This document shows, one piece after another, positions 17,891 through 27,486 of a stretch of DNA of 47,822 nucleotides. Numbering within the stretch: position 1 is the stretch's first letter; every line of letters begins with the position of its first letter. The position numbers and the translations under genes were made by a program. Source of the stretch: Christensenellaceae bacterium (lineage in GTDB: Bacteria; Bacillota; Clostridia; Christensenellales; Borkfalkiaceae); assembly GCA_045655215.1 (NCBI GenBank), contig JAZOOV010000059.1, forward strand, positions 1-47,822, written 5' to 3'. The notes under the pieces were generated by a model that was not told where the DNA came from, did not search any database, and was given only the letters and a program-made list of their open reading frames with translations.

Positions 17891-18870
17891 TAGATTACCG
17901 CTATCTTTTAGAACAAACGTCAGCCTACAAAACGCTAAGAGCCGACAAAGAGAACGGCAAGTTGTCGCACGCATATTTGATAATTATTCCCGACCAAAAA
18001 AAGTTAGCAGGATACCTAAAAGTGATTGCAAAACTAATTATGTGTAGTGGAGAAGAAATTTGCGATACTTGTAGAAACTGTAAACTAATAGAAGACGGGC
18101 TTCATAGCGACGTAATGTATTTTCCCGAAAAGGAAGGGGCAGTTTTGACGGCGGACGTAAATAAACTCGTTGAAGAGAGTTTTTATAAGCCGATAGAGGG
18201 GGATAGAAAGATTTTTATAATCTCATCTGCCCAAACTATGAACGCGCAATCACAAAATAAACTCTTAAAAACTTTAGAAGAACCACCGAAAAACGTTCAT
18301 ATAATACTTGGCGCAACGAGCGAACACGCACTACTTTCCACCATAAAATCAAGGGTGAGAAAGTTAGAAATTTCATCTTTCCCTAAAGAAAGGCTTAAAA
18401 AAGCGCTAGAAAAAGAGTGTGAAGACGTAGAAAGGTTAGATGTCGCCGTAAATTTTAGCGACGGAACGGTGGGTAGCGTACTTTCACTATATAACGACGA
18501 AAAACTACAAGAAACAAAAGACTTCGTTTTAGATTTAATAGTAAATATGTCGTCTAGTAAAGAAGTGCTAAAATATTCCACGATATTTAGCGAAAAAAAG
18601 ATAGAAACGGATATGTTTTTATCCGTACTAGAATTGACGTTTAGAGATTTACTTTTATACTACAACGAGAGTGAAAAACTTATAGTAAACAAAAAAATAT
18701 TATTTAGTGGCGCGCTTGAAGTGGGCTACAATAGGGGCTCAACCCTTTATGCAATCGAAAAAATCGGGGAAGCGAGAGTTAGATTAAACTTCAACGCAAA
18801 CCAAACCATGTTAATCGAGTGGTTGTTGTTTCAAATTTTGGAGGGGAAACATAAATGGCAAAAGTTATAG
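17887..18870 (+). CDS. holB: DNA polymerase III subunit delta'
   Basis: 327 aa. SHAYLI, a Cys-cluster zinc module (CDTCRNC), and NKLLKTLEEPP / SRV(R) motifs. ATGA overlap with tmk. Confidence 0.88.
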   Translation: MIDYRYLLEQTSAYKTLRADKENGKLSHAYLIIIPDQKKLAGYLKVIAKLIMCSGEEICDTCRNCKLIEDGLHSDVMYFPEKEGAVLTADVNKLVEESFYKPIEGDRKIFIISSAQTMNAQSQNKLLKTLEEPPKNVHIILGATSEHALLSTIKSRVRKLEISSFPKERLKKALEKECEDVERLDVAVNFSDGTVGSVLSLYNDEKLQETKDFVLDLIVNMSSSKEVLKYSTIFSEKKIETDMFLSVLELTFRDLLLYYNESEKLIVNKKILFSGALEVGYNRGSTLYAIEKIGEARVRLNFNANQTMLIEWLLFQILEGKHKWQKL

Positions 18871-19715
18871 GGGTAAAATTTAAAAATACTGCTAAGGTTT
18901 ACTACTTTGCGCCTGCCAACGAGCAAGACGTATACGTGGAAAATCAAGGGGTTATAGTGGAAACTTCTAAGGGGGTAGAATACGGCACGATAGTGTTCGG
19001 GGTAAAGGAAATTGCAGAAGAAAACATTTCGCACCCCTTAAAACCCGTTCTTAGAATAGCCACCGAAAAGGACGAGCAAAAGAACAAGAAAAACCAAGAA
19101 AAGATTCCAGAGGCAATGGATTACGCCGCAAAAAAAATAGAAGAATTAGGGCTAGAGATGAAGTTAATTGGGTGCGAATACTCTTTTGACGGAAACAAAC
19201 TAACCTATTATTTTTCAGCCGACGAGAGAATTGACTTTAGAGAACTAGTTAAAGTGCTTGCCGCAAACTTCAAAGTTAGAATAGAACTAAGGCAAGTGGG
19301 TATTAGAGACGAGACCAAGATTTTAGGTGGAATAGCCCCTTGTGGAAGAGTGTGTTGCTGTAGCAGTTGCTTGCCGGAGTTCTCAAAAGTTTCGATAAAA
19401 ATGGCGAAAAATCAAGGACTTCACCTAAATCCGTCTAAAATTAGTGGACTTTGTGGAAGACTTATGTGCTGTCTAGAATACGAAAACGATTACTATGCAG
19501 AAGTTTATAAAAAGATGCCGAAAATTGGTGGAACGGTAAAGACTCCCGATGGTGAGGGCGTGGTAATTTCTAACGATATGCTAAAGTTAATAAGCAAGGT
19601 AAAAATTACCAATGCAGACGGAAGTGAAGTGTATAAAGATTTTGAAGTAAATAAACTACAATTCAAAAAGGGCGCTCCCGAAAAAGAAAATAGTGAAGAG
19701 CAAGAAGAAAATTAG
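18855..19715 (+). CDS. ricT: PSP1 domain protein, stage 0 sporulation protein YaaT/RicT
   Basis: 286 aa. PSP1 C-terminal domain with Cys cluster GRVCCCSSCL...GRLMCCLEYE. Conserved position after holB. Confidence 0.88.
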   Translation: MAKVIGVKFKNTAKVYYFAPANEQDVYVENQGVIVETSKGVEYGTIVFGVKEIAEENISHPLKPVLRIATEKDEQKNKKNQEKIPEAMDYAAKKIEELGLEMKLIGCEYSFDGNKLTYYFSADERIDFRELVKVLAANFKVRIELRQVGIRDETKILGGIAPCGRVCCCSSCLPEFSKVSIKMAKNQGLHLNPSKISGLCGRLMCCLEYENDYYAEVYKKMPKIGGTVKTPDGEGVVISNDMLKLISKVKITNADGSEVYKDFEVNKLQFKKGAPEKENSEEQEEN

Positions 19716-19790
19716 CAAATTGTATTTACAAACGAAATTTTTTGTGATAGAATAAATTACGGAAAAGAAATAATATAGGAGGTAGACTCT

Positions 19791-19961
19791 ATGGCATTCA
19801 AAATTAGTGATGCTTGCATCAGTTGTGGTGCTTGCGCAGACACCTGTCCAGTAGGTGCTATTAGCCAAGGCGATACGCAATACAATATCGATGCAGACGC
19901 TTGTATCAGTTGTGGCGCATGTGCTGGTGGTTGCCCAGTAGAAGCTATTTCAGAAGAATAA
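19791..19961 (+). CDS. 2x[4Fe-4S] ferredoxin
   Basis: 56-aa ORF missing from the track: MAFKISDACISCGACADTCPVGAISQGDTQYNIDADACISCGACAGGCPVEAISEE, with two CxxCxxCxxxCP motifs. RBS taggaggt. Promoter TTTACA(19725)-17-TAGAAT(19748). A terminator hairpin aaggcacgata/atcgtgcctt lies downstream. Confidence 0.9.
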   Translation: MAFKISDACISCGACADTCPVGAISQGDTQYNIDADACISCGACAGGCPVEAISEE

Positions 19962-20027
19962 TAAATAGCAAAAAGTCAAGGCACGATAGTTTATCGTGCC
20001 TTAATTTTTAGGTAGGAAATTTTCCTT

Positions 20028-20693
20028 ATGGAAGTATTAGAAGACTTAAACTTAGAAAACTTAAAAATCTATCAAGACGATAGTTTATATAAATTCACTT
20101 CGGATTCGGTTATTTTATCTCGCTTTGCAAGGGTAAAAATGGGAGACGTAGTTGCCGATTTTTGTTCGGGTAGTGGAATAGTTGGATTTCATTTATTTGG
20201 ACTAAATAAAAACCTAATTAAATCGGTCACCTTTTTTGAAATGCAAGCGTCCCTTTATTCTCTATCTAAAAAAAGCATAGAAATTAACGGGCTACAAGAC
20301 AAATTTTTTGCTGAAAACGTTAAAATTCAAGATATAGGAAACGAATACGCAGGTAAATTTTCGCTAATTACTTGCAATCCACCCTACTGCAAACAAGGCT
20401 CTGGCGAAACGCAGGAAAAAGAGTGTATTTCTATGTGTAGAAGAGAAGTTTTTCTTCCCTTAGAAGCCCTAATGAAAAGCGTTAGTAAATGCTTAAAGTT
20501 TGGTGGAAGAGTTTGTATGTGCCATAGGGCAGATAGGCTAGTAGACGTAATAAGCGAAATGAGAAAAAACAATATCGAGCCAAAAAGGCTACAAACGGTT
20601 TCTGCAAAGGGAAAAGAGCCCTATCTAGTTTTAGTGGAAGGGGTAAAAGGCGGAAAAAGTGGCTTAAAAATACTAAAAAACACCGAAAATTAA
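20028..20693 (+). CDS. SAM-dependent methyltransferase, tRNA(m6A37) TrmN6/YabB-like
   Basis: 221 aa. SAM motif DFCSGSGIVG and N6-adenine motif CNPPY. Conserved yabB position upstream of rsmI. Confidence 0.75.
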   Translation: MEVLEDLNLENLKIYQDDSLYKFTSDSVILSRFARVKMGDVVADFCSGSGIVGFHLFGLNKNLIKSVTFFEMQASLYSLSKKSIEINGLQDKFFAENVKIQDIGNEYAGKFSLITCNPPYCKQGSGETQEKECISMCRREVFLPLEALMKSVSKCLKFGGRVCMCHRADRLVDVISEMRKNNIEPKRLQTVSAKGKEPYLVLVEGVKGGKSGLKILKNTEN

Positions 20694-20702
20694 GGGGAAA
20701 AT

Positions 20703-21500
20703 ATGTTATATTTTGTAGCAACGCCCATAGGAAATCTAAAAGATATTTCTTATAGAGCGATTGAAATATTAAATTCAGTAGACGAAATTGGGTGCGAAGA
20801 TACACGCCACTCTTTAACTTTGCTTAGCCACTATTCAATAAAAAAGCCCTTGTTTTCCTATCATAAATTTAACGAAAAACAAGCACTAGAAGTGATTATA
20901 GAAAAATTAAAGCAAGGCAAAAATATTGCCATTATTTCGGATGCGGGAATGCCCGTAATCTCGGATCCAGGCAACCTTTTAACTAAAGCTTTAAAAGAAG
21001 AGGGGCTAGAGTTTACCATTGTTCCGGGTGCAAACGCAGGCTTGTCAGCCATAATACTTTCGGGGTTAGACGCTAGTAGGTTTTGTTTTATCGGCTTTTT
21101 GCCACAAAAGAAAAGCGATAGGGTAGAACTGTTAGAGAAATTCAAGTTAACACCAGCAACACTCATCTTTTATTCTGCCCCACACGATATAAAAAAGGAC
21201 GTAGAGAGCATTTACGAAGTTTTGGGAAGAAGAAAGGCAGTTGCCGTTAAAGAAATTACTAAAATCCACGAAAGCACGCTAGAATTTAATCTAGAAGACG
21301 GCATAAACTTCCAGCCTAAAGGGGAATACGTTTTAGTGGTGGACGGATATGAAGAAAAGATAGACCTTAGCGTTTCACCTGAAGAACTCATTGAAAAATA
21401 TATCGGCGAGGGAATGGATAAAAAATCGGCAATCAAAAGGGTTGCAAAAGAGAGAGATATTCCTAAATCGGAACTATATAAATTCACTATAGGAAAATAA
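20703..21500 (+). CDS. rsmI: 16S rRNA (cytidine1402-2'-O)-methyltransferase
   Basis: 265 aa. LYFVATPIGNLKDIS...CEDTR...SDAGMP motifs of the tetrapyrrole-methylase-fold RsmI. Confidence 0.9.
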   Translation: MLYFVATPIGNLKDISYRAIEILNSVDEIGCEDTRHSLTLLSHYSIKKPLFSYHKFNEKQALEVIIEKLKQGKNIAIISDAGMPVISDPGNLLTKALKEEGLEFTIVPGANAGLSAIILSGLDASRFCFIGFLPQKKSDRVELLEKFKLTPATLIFYSAPHDIKKDVESIYEVLGRRKAVAVKEITKIHESTLEFNLEDGINFQPKGEYVLVVDGYEEKIDLSVSPEELIEKYIGEGMDKKSAIKRVAKERDIPKSELYKFTIGK

Positions 21501-21501
21501 T

Positions 21502-23214
21502 ATGCTAAAGAGATTTTTTGCCTATTATAAACCGCATAGATTAACCTTTACCCTAGATATGCTAGCATCTTTGGTGGTTGCAGGCGTGGGGATAATCTAT
21601 CCAATGATGACAAGAGTTATGCTAAACGATTATATTCCCAACAAGGAGTATAATAATATAATAATGTTTGGCGTAGGGCTACTAATTATCTACGTGGTTA
21701 GGCTATTATTAAACTATTTTATTCAATATCAAGGGCATATGGTCGGGGTGAAAATGCAAGCGCAAATGCGTAGAGATATGTTTTCTCACTTGCAAACCCT
21801 ACCATATAAGTTTTACGACGATAACGAAACGGGCAAAATAATGTCTAGAATGACTAGCGATTTAAACGATATAAGCGAACTTGCCCATCACGGCCCTGAG
21901 AATATAATAATCTCTTCAATTTCAATCGTCGCGTCTTTCGTGTACTTAATGACCATTAACGTTTATCTAACGCTAATAATTTTTATTTGCGTTCCATTTT
22001 TAATCGTTATATCAATGACGGTTAGAAAAAAGATGAGAGATGCCTTTATGGAAAGTAGAAAGGCAACGGCTCAAATCAACGCGTCTTTAGAGAGCAGTAT
22101 TTCGGGAATTAGAGTGACCAAAGCCTTTAACAATTCAAAAAGCGAAAAGGAAAAGTTTGAAAAGGGCAACCTAGAATTCGTTTTTGCTAGAAAAAAGGCG
22201 TATAAAGCAATGGGAGTATTTCACTCGACCACTACTTTCGTCACCGAAGTATTCAACGTAGTAGTGCTTATTGCAGGGGGATTATTCTTGTACGCAGGGA
22301 GCATTGAACTTGGCGACTATACTGCGTTTATCGTTTCAATCAACGTCTTTTTAGCCCCCGTTAGACAACTTATAATGTTTATGGAACAATATCAAAACGG
22401 CGTGACGGGCTTTAAGAGATTTACTGAAATTATGGACACGCCTAGCGAAGTAGACGAAGAAGGCGCAATCGATATAGAAAACGTAGAGGGGAATATCGAT
22501 TTTAACTCAGTCACCTTTAGTTATGGTGAAAGCGACGTGTTGCGTGAATTAAATTTAAGTATTAAAAAAGGACAAACTTTTGCTTTAGTAGGTCCAAGTG
22601 GGGGTGGAAAAACCACAATTTGCCACTTGCTACCTAGATTTTATAAAACCGAGCAAGGCAAAATTAGTATTGATGGAAAAGATATAAATAAAGTGACTGC
22701 AAAATCACTTCGTCAAAGCATAGGAATCGTTCAACAAGACGTGCACCTATTTAACGCGAGCATAAAAGACAACATTTTATACGGAAATCCAAACGCCACT
22801 TTTGAAGAAGTGGTGGAGGCTGCAAAAAGAGCTAATATTCACGAATATATTTGTACGCTAGAAAACGGATACGACACCGAAGTCGGCGAGCGTGGAGTAA
22901 GGCTATCGGGTGGACAAAAGCAAAGATTATCAATAGCGAGAGTTTTTCTAAAAAACCCACCCATACTTATTCTAGACGAAGCAACTTCAGCCCTAGACAA
23001 CGCAACTGAAATGCTTATTCAACAATCTTTAGACGGGCTATGCAAGGGAAGAACTACAATCGTAGTTGCCCATAGATTGTCCACCGTTAAAAACGCAGAT
23101 TGTATTGCCGTTATAGAAGACGGAAAAATTATAGAACAAGGCACTCACGAAGTGTTAGTTGATATGAACGGCGAATATGCCAAACTCTACCGACACACCC
23201 TAGTTTCAAATTAA
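21502..23214 (+). CDS. ABC exporter, fused permease/ATP-binding protein
   Basis: 570 aa. Six-TM N-domain, Walker A GPSGGGKTT, signature LSGGQKQR, Walker B ILILDEATS. Confidence 0.9.
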   Translation: MLKRFFAYYKPHRLTFTLDMLASLVVAGVGIIYPMMTRVMLNDYIPNKEYNNIIMFGVGLLIIYVVRLLLNYFIQYQGHMVGVKMQAQMRRDMFSHLQTLPYKFYDDNETGKIMSRMTSDLNDISELAHHGPENIIISSISIVASFVYLMTINVYLTLIIFICVPFLIVISMTVRKKMRDAFMESRKATAQINASLESSISGIRVTKAFNNSKSEKEKFEKGNLEFVFARKKAYKAMGVFHSTTTFVTEVFNVVVLIAGGLFLYAGSIELGDYTAFIVSINVFLAPVRQLIMFMEQYQNGVTGFKRFTEIMDTPSEVDEEGAIDIENVEGNIDFNSVTFSYGESDVLRELNLSIKKGQTFALVGPSGGGKTTICHLLPRFYKTEQGKISIDGKDINKVTAKSLRQSIGIVQQDVHLFNASIKDNILYGNPNATFEEVVEAAKRANIHEYICTLENGYDTEVGERGVRLSGGQKQRLSIARVFLKNPPILILDEATSALDNATEMLIQQSLDGLCKGRTTIVVAHRLSTVKNADCIAVIEDGKIIEQGTHEVLVDMNGEYAKLYRHTLVSN

Positions 23215-23234
23215 AAGAAAGATAAGCAAAATAA

Positions 23235-23258
23235 AAAGCCTACCAATCGGTAGGCTTT
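23235..23258. terminator. Bidirectional intrinsic terminator
   Basis: Hairpin gcctacc/ggtaggc extended by A/T pairs. It lies between the convergent ABC exporter and patatin genes. Confidence 0.7.
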
Positions 23259-23263
23259 TACTT

Positions 23264-24049
23264 TTAATCTTCAAGAAGTTTTTTAATTTTATCGCCGTAT
23301 TTAACGCCTTTATAATAACCTTGCCCAAAAGCAAAGGAAAGTTTTTCAACTTTATAGGGACTCATGTCCCCAAGACTAGGCTTAATTAAAACGTCGGGCG
23401 TGTGAGTTTCAAGATATCTTTGAGTGTTGTGGCTATCACAAAGGTCTACTACTCTAAGCGCTTGAGAAATAATGTTTTTAGAAGTTTCGTGTGGGCGATA
23501 TTCTCCCAAAACGTCAACTGCAACAACGACGTCTGCGTTAAAATTCTTTGCGTTTTCAATAGGAAGTCTACACAAAACGCCCCCGTCTATTAACTCTTGG
23601 TCGTCTTTCATAACCGGACGGAAAATCATAGGGATAGAAGAACTTGCCCTAACTGCGTCAGCCACTTTGCCGGAATTAAGAGTGACTACTTTTCCCCTGT
23701 GAATATCAACGGCGACGCACTCGAAAGGTATTTTTAGTTGTTCAAATGTGATTTCGCCGAAAATTTCTTCTAGTTTTTTACGCATTTTAGAAGAAGACAA
23801 TAAACTCTTTTTGAAAAACATTGCAGGGGAGGGGTCGAAAATGTGTTTTAATTTAAGATGCTCGGCAATATCTCTCATCTCTTTTGGAGAGTAGCCTGCA
23901 GAATAGCAAGCGCCAACCACTGCACCCATAGAGCACCCTACGATACTGTCGGGTTTAATTCCTTGCTCGTCTAATGCTTGCAAAAAACCCACGTGGGCAA
24001 TGCCTCTCGCTCCACCCGCGCCTAAAACCAAACATAATTTTTTACTCAT
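23264..24049 (-). CDS. Patatin-like phospholipase
   Basis: 261 aa. Oxyanion GGGARG, nucleophile elbow GCSMG, catalytic DGG. Confidence 0.88.
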   Translation of the reverse strand: MSKKLCLVLGAGGARGIAHVGFLQALDEQGIKPDSIVGCSMGAVVGACYSAGYSPKEMRDIAEHLKLKHIFDPSPAMFFKKSLLSSSKMRKKLEEIFGEITFEQLKIPFECVAVDIHRGKVVTLNSGKVADAVRASSSIPMIFRPVMKDDQELIDGGVLCRLPIENAKNFNADVVVAVDVLGEYRPHETSKNIISQALRVVDLCDSHNTQRYLETHTPDVLIKPSLGDMSPYKVEKLSFAFGQGYYKGVKYGDKIKKLLED

Positions 24050-24065
24050 TTACTCACCTTCTTTA

Positions 24066-24548
24066 CTAGTCTTTCTTGTCCGTACTGCCAAAGCCTCCCT
24101 TCCTAAGTTCGGTCACGGGCTCATCGTCCAAGGTTATTCCGTATTCAACGAAAACGCCTTGCGCAAAAGCCGAACCTTTTTTTATGGGAAGTGGCTCTTT
24201 GCCAAGATTTGTCATTTTAATAAATATATGCCCTTCGTTGTCGGCATAGTAGTAGTCGCTGTCAATAATGCCAACGGTATTATTTAAGGTCAAGCGATAT
24301 TTAAATCCCAAACTACTGCGAGGATAGATTTTTAGCACCCACCCCTCGTCAATTTTAACTCTAATTCCGGTTGCCACCTTAACTGTTTCCCCGGGTGCAA
24401 GAAAAATATCTTTAGGAGCGTAAAAATCGTAGCCTGCGCTACCTTTAGTTGCTCTACGAGGAAGAGAAATATCTTCAAAATCTTGTTTTTCTCCGTCCTT
24501 TAAGTATTCAGTTAAACTAACCTTAAAAAATTGTGCAATTCTATTCAT
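24066..24548 (-). CDS. dut: dUTP diphosphatase
   Basis: 160 aa. GSAGYDF, IIDSDY and the C-terminal GGFGSTD motifs of trimeric dUTPase. Confidence 0.88.
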   Translation of the reverse strand: MNRIAQFFKVSLTEYLKDGEKQDFEDISLPRRATKGSAGYDFYAPKDIFLAPGETVKVATGIRVKIDEGWVLKIYPRSSLGFKYRLTLNNTVGIIDSDYYYADNEGHIFIKMTNLGKEPLPIKKGSAFAQGVFVEYGITLDDEPVTELRKGGFGSTDKKD

Positions 24549-24554
24549 ATAAAT

Positions 24555-24583
24555 ATTATACTCTCAACCAAAAAAGTTATCAA
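24555..24583 (-). promoter_or_regulatory. Sigma-A type promoter placed for a leaderless dut mRNA
   Basis: The minus strand carries TTGATA (24583-24578), a 17-nt spacer and TATAAT (24560-24555). Only 6 nt separate the -10 from the dut ATG (24548), and there is no SD. Confidence 0.55.
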
Positions 24584-24712
24584 GTAGTTTTTAATAATTT
24601 TTATTGTAAAAAAAGAGAAAATAATCGATAAAGTAAAACGCTTGCCAAAATTAACAAAAAAGGATAATATATACGTATAATGATTTATAATTAAAATAAA
24701 AGGGAAAAAACA

Positions 24713-25288
24713 ATGGATATTTGCGTATTTGGGTCGGCAAGCGACAGTATTGACAAAAAATATATAGAGGCAGGCGAAATACTTGGCGAAAGTCTAGGCA
24801 AACGTGGGCACAACCTAGTGTTCGGTGGAGGAAGCGCAGGTCTTATGGGAGCAGTTGCAAGGGGAATAAGAAAGGGAAAAGGCAAAATATTAGGCGTAAT
24901 CCCCAAATTTTTTGAAGAAAAGGGCTACGAGAGTATAAACTACACCTGCGACAAGTTAATAAGAACGCAAACCATGGCAGAGAGAAAGGCAACTATGAGT
25001 GGAGCGTGTGACGGGTATATTGTCACCCCGGGTGGAATAGGCACTTTTGAAGAATTTTTTGAAGTTTTAACCCTAAAGCAACTAGGAGTTCACAAAAAGC
25101 CGATAGTAATATTCGACGTAGATGGATATTTTGACGATATAAACAAGGCTTTTTTAAGTGCAATGGAAAAGAGTTTCGTTAGGGAAAACTGTGCAAAACT
25201 ATATAAAACTTTTAATAAAGTAGAAGAAGTTATAGACTATCTAGAAAACTATTCGGCAGAAAAGGAAGATTGGTCGCTACTAAAATAA
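24713..25288 (+). CDS. LOG family / TIGR00730 nucleotide phosphoribohydrolase
   Basis: 191 aa. GGGSAGLMG and PGGIGTFEEFFE motifs. Confidence 0.85.
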   Translation: MDICVFGSASDSIDKKYIEAGEILGESLGKRGHNLVFGGGSAGLMGAVARGIRKGKGKILGVIPKFFEEKGYESINYTCDKLIRTQTMAERKATMSGACDGYIVTPGGIGTFEEFFEVLTLKQLGVHKKPIVIFDVDGYFDDINKAFLSAMEKSFVRENCAKLYKTFNKVEEVIDYLENYSAEKEDWSLLK

Positions 25289-25354
25289 TAAAGCGAAAAA
25301 GAGTAGACAAAGTCGAAAAAAGGCAAATAAAAGAGAATAAAGGCAATAAATTAA

Positions 25355-25512
25355 TTGACAATTTATCGCCTTTTTGTTATACTAAAAACGTGGAATAGAT
25401 ATTTGCCAAAAAAACACTTGAAAAAGCGTAAAAATGCTTAATGCAGGCTAGATTTTGGACAAGGGAAAAGCATTATAAACGGCTAAAAGATAACGCCGTT
25501 TTTAATTTTTTT
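25355..25512 (+). promoter_or_regulatory. xpt promoter plus ~130-nt leader ending in an intrinsic terminator (attenuator of unknown class)
   Basis: TTGACA (25355-25360), 17-nt spacer, TATACT (25378-25383). The leader contains a 7-bp helix AAUGCUU/AAGCAUU, then AAACGGC-loop-GCCGUUU followed by a U-rich tract just upstream of the RBS. Confidence 0.5.
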
Positions 25513-25526
25513 TAGGAAAAAGGTAA

Positions 25527-26099
25527 ATGGAATTATTAAAGCAAGAAATTGTTAAGAAAGGCAAGGTTTTGCCCGGACACGTGCTCAAAGTTGGTTCCTT
25601 TTTGAATCAGCAGATGAACGTTGGTCTTTTATCCCAAATGGCAGGCGATATATACGCTCGCTTTAAGGATAAGGGAGTGACGAAGATTCTCACGGTTGAA
25701 GCGTCGGGTATAGCGCTTGCCGTTTTAGTTGCTGAAAAGTTTAAGGTGGACGCAGTTTTTGCAAAAAAGAGTAAGACTGCAAACGTAGAAGGCAAGGTTT
25801 ATACTGCAGAATGCTATTCCTTCACCCACAAAAAGAGCAACGTGTTAATAGTTCCAAAAGAGTATATAGATAAGAAGGACAAACTATTGATAGTGGACGA
25901 CTTCTTGGCTAACGGAGAAGCGATTAGGTCGCTAAAAAGCATAGTAGATCAAGCGGGTGCAACGCTAGTAGGGGCGGCAATCGCAATCGAAAAGGGCTTC
26001 CAAGGTGGTGGAGACAAACTTAGAGAAGAGGGAGTTGACCTATATTCGTTAGCAATAGTAGAAAGTATGGACCAAGACGGTTTAACTTTTAGAGATTAA
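25527..26099 (+). CDS. xpt: Xanthine phosphoribosyltransferase
   Basis: 190 aa. MELLKQEIVKKGKVLPGHVLKV..FLNQQ N-terminus and PRPP motif LLIVDDFLANG. Confidence 0.92.
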   Translation: MELLKQEIVKKGKVLPGHVLKVGSFLNQQMNVGLLSQMAGDIYARFKDKGVTKILTVEASGIALAVLVAEKFKVDAVFAKKSKTANVEGKVYTAECYSFTHKKSNVLIVPKEYIDKKDKLLIVDDFLANGEAIRSLKSIVDQAGATLVGAAIAIEKGFQGGGDKLREEGVDLYSLAIVESMDQDGLTFRD

Positions 26100-26137
26100 T
26101 TGGTAAATAAACCCGAAAGGGTAGGAGGTATTTTATA

Positions 26138-27463
26138 ATGAAGAAACTTATTACTTTATTACTTGCTGCTGTACTTTCAGTAGCATGCTGTTTCGGCCTC
26201 ACCGCTTGTGGCGGACCAGAGGACGAAGGTGCTAACGAAGTAGCTTTTCCTAAAGTAGAGAGCACTGTTTTCTCACAATTTGACCAATTAGAAATTAACG
26301 AAGATTTCAAAATTGGTTTAATTTGTTTACATGGTGAAACTTCTACTTATGACAAGAATTTCATTGACGCTTTCAAGGCTGCATGTCAAACCTTTGGTCT
26401 TAAAGATAGCCAAATGGTAATTGTCACCGACATTGATGAAAGTGCTGCTTGCAAGACGAAGGCTCTTGAACTCGCTGATAATGGTTGTAAAGCAATTTTC
26501 GCAAACTCTTTTGGTCACGACCCTTACATGAAAGAGGCTGCTGCTGAAAGACCAAACGTACAATTCTTCCATGCTACCGGTGTTTCAGCTCACGTAGGCA
26601 ACGTTCTTCCTAACTATCACAACGCTTTCGCATCTATCTATGAAGGTAGATATTTAGCAGGTGTTGCTGCAGGCTTAAAAATTAAAGAAATGGTTGCAAA
26701 TAACAAAATTAAGGCAGCAAACCTAGATGCAAACGGAAACGTTAAAATTGGTTATGTTGGTGCATTTACTTACGCAGAAGTTGTTTCTGGTTTAACTTCT
26801 TTCTATCTTGGTGTTAAATCTCAATATGAAAAGGTTGTAATGGACGTACAATTTACTGGTTCTTGGTATGATGAAACTGGTGAAAGAGAAGCTGCAGAAA
26901 CTTTAATCAGCAGAGGTTGTGCATTAATTTCTCAACACGCTGACTCTTGGGGTGCTCCTAACACTTGCGAAAACGCAGGAGTTCCAAACGTTTCTTACAA
27001 CGGAAGCACCATAAAGGCTTGTCCAGAAACCTTTATTATTTCTTCAAAGATTGATTGGACCTACTATTTCAAATGGATAATTGCGTCTGTTGGTTCTAGT
27101 GCAGAAGTTGCAGACATTCCTACCGATTTTGCTGGTGGATTAGGCGATAGTTGCATGGTTGCTATGTCTAACCTTAATGGCGACGTTATGGCAGAAGGCA
27201 CTTTAGAAAAGCTTATTGAAGTTAGAAGTAAACTTATGGATGGAACTATTAAAGTATTCGATTGTTCTAAGTTTACCGTTAATGGCGAACATTTAGCTTC
27301 ATACATGGCAGATACTGACGGCGATTATGTTGGTGATACCAACGTTATTAAGACCGACGCAAACGGTATTACTTATTTTGCAGAAAGTGATGCAGAATTC
27401 CGTTCTGCTCCATATTTTGATATCCAAATTGATGGAATCAATTACTTAAACACTAAATTCTAA
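26138..27463 (+). CDS. BMP family (PnrA/Med-like) ABC substrate-binding lipoprotein, probably for nucleosides/purines
   Basis: 441 aa. Lipoprotein signal ...VACCFGLTAC. The BMP-family layout is followed by a matching ATPase and two permeases. The codon usage looks highly expressed. Confidence 0.8.
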   Translation: MKKLITLLLAAVLSVACCFGLTACGGPEDEGANEVAFPKVESTVFSQFDQLEINEDFKIGLICLHGETSTYDKNFIDAFKAACQTFGLKDSQMVIVTDIDESAACKTKALELADNGCKAIFANSFGHDPYMKEAAAERPNVQFFHATGVSAHVGNVLPNYHNAFASIYEGRYLAGVAAGLKIKEMVANNKIKAANLDANGNVKIGYVGAFTYAEVVSGLTSFYLGVKSQYEKVVMDVQFTGSWYDETGEREAAETLISRGCALISQHADSWGAPNTCENAGVPNVSYNGSTIKACPETFIISSKIDWTYYFKWIIASVGSSAEVADIPTDFAGGLGDSCMVAMSNLNGDVMAEGTLEKLIEVRSKLMDGTIKVFDCSKFTVNGEHLASYMADTDGDYVGDTNVIKTDANGITYFAESDAEFRSAPYFDIQIDGINYLNTKF

Positions 27464-27486
27464 TTTTGAATTAGATTAAAATGTAC

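Noticed and set aside
17267-21500. The tmk-holB-yaaT-(ferredoxin)-yabB-rsmI cluster lacks yabA, darA and yaaR, and has a ferredoxin gene where yabA sits in Bacillus.
   Set aside because: This is a lineage-level variation of a well-known conserved housekeeping cluster. The ferredoxin has its own promoter and terminator, and nothing suggests a novel system.
23264-24049. Patatin-like phospholipase as a possible anti-phage (CBASS-type) effector.
   Set aside because: No cyclase, nucleotidyltransferase or other defence partner is adjacent. Its neighbours are dut and a housekeeping ABC exporter, and its size and motifs fit ordinary RssA-like patatins.
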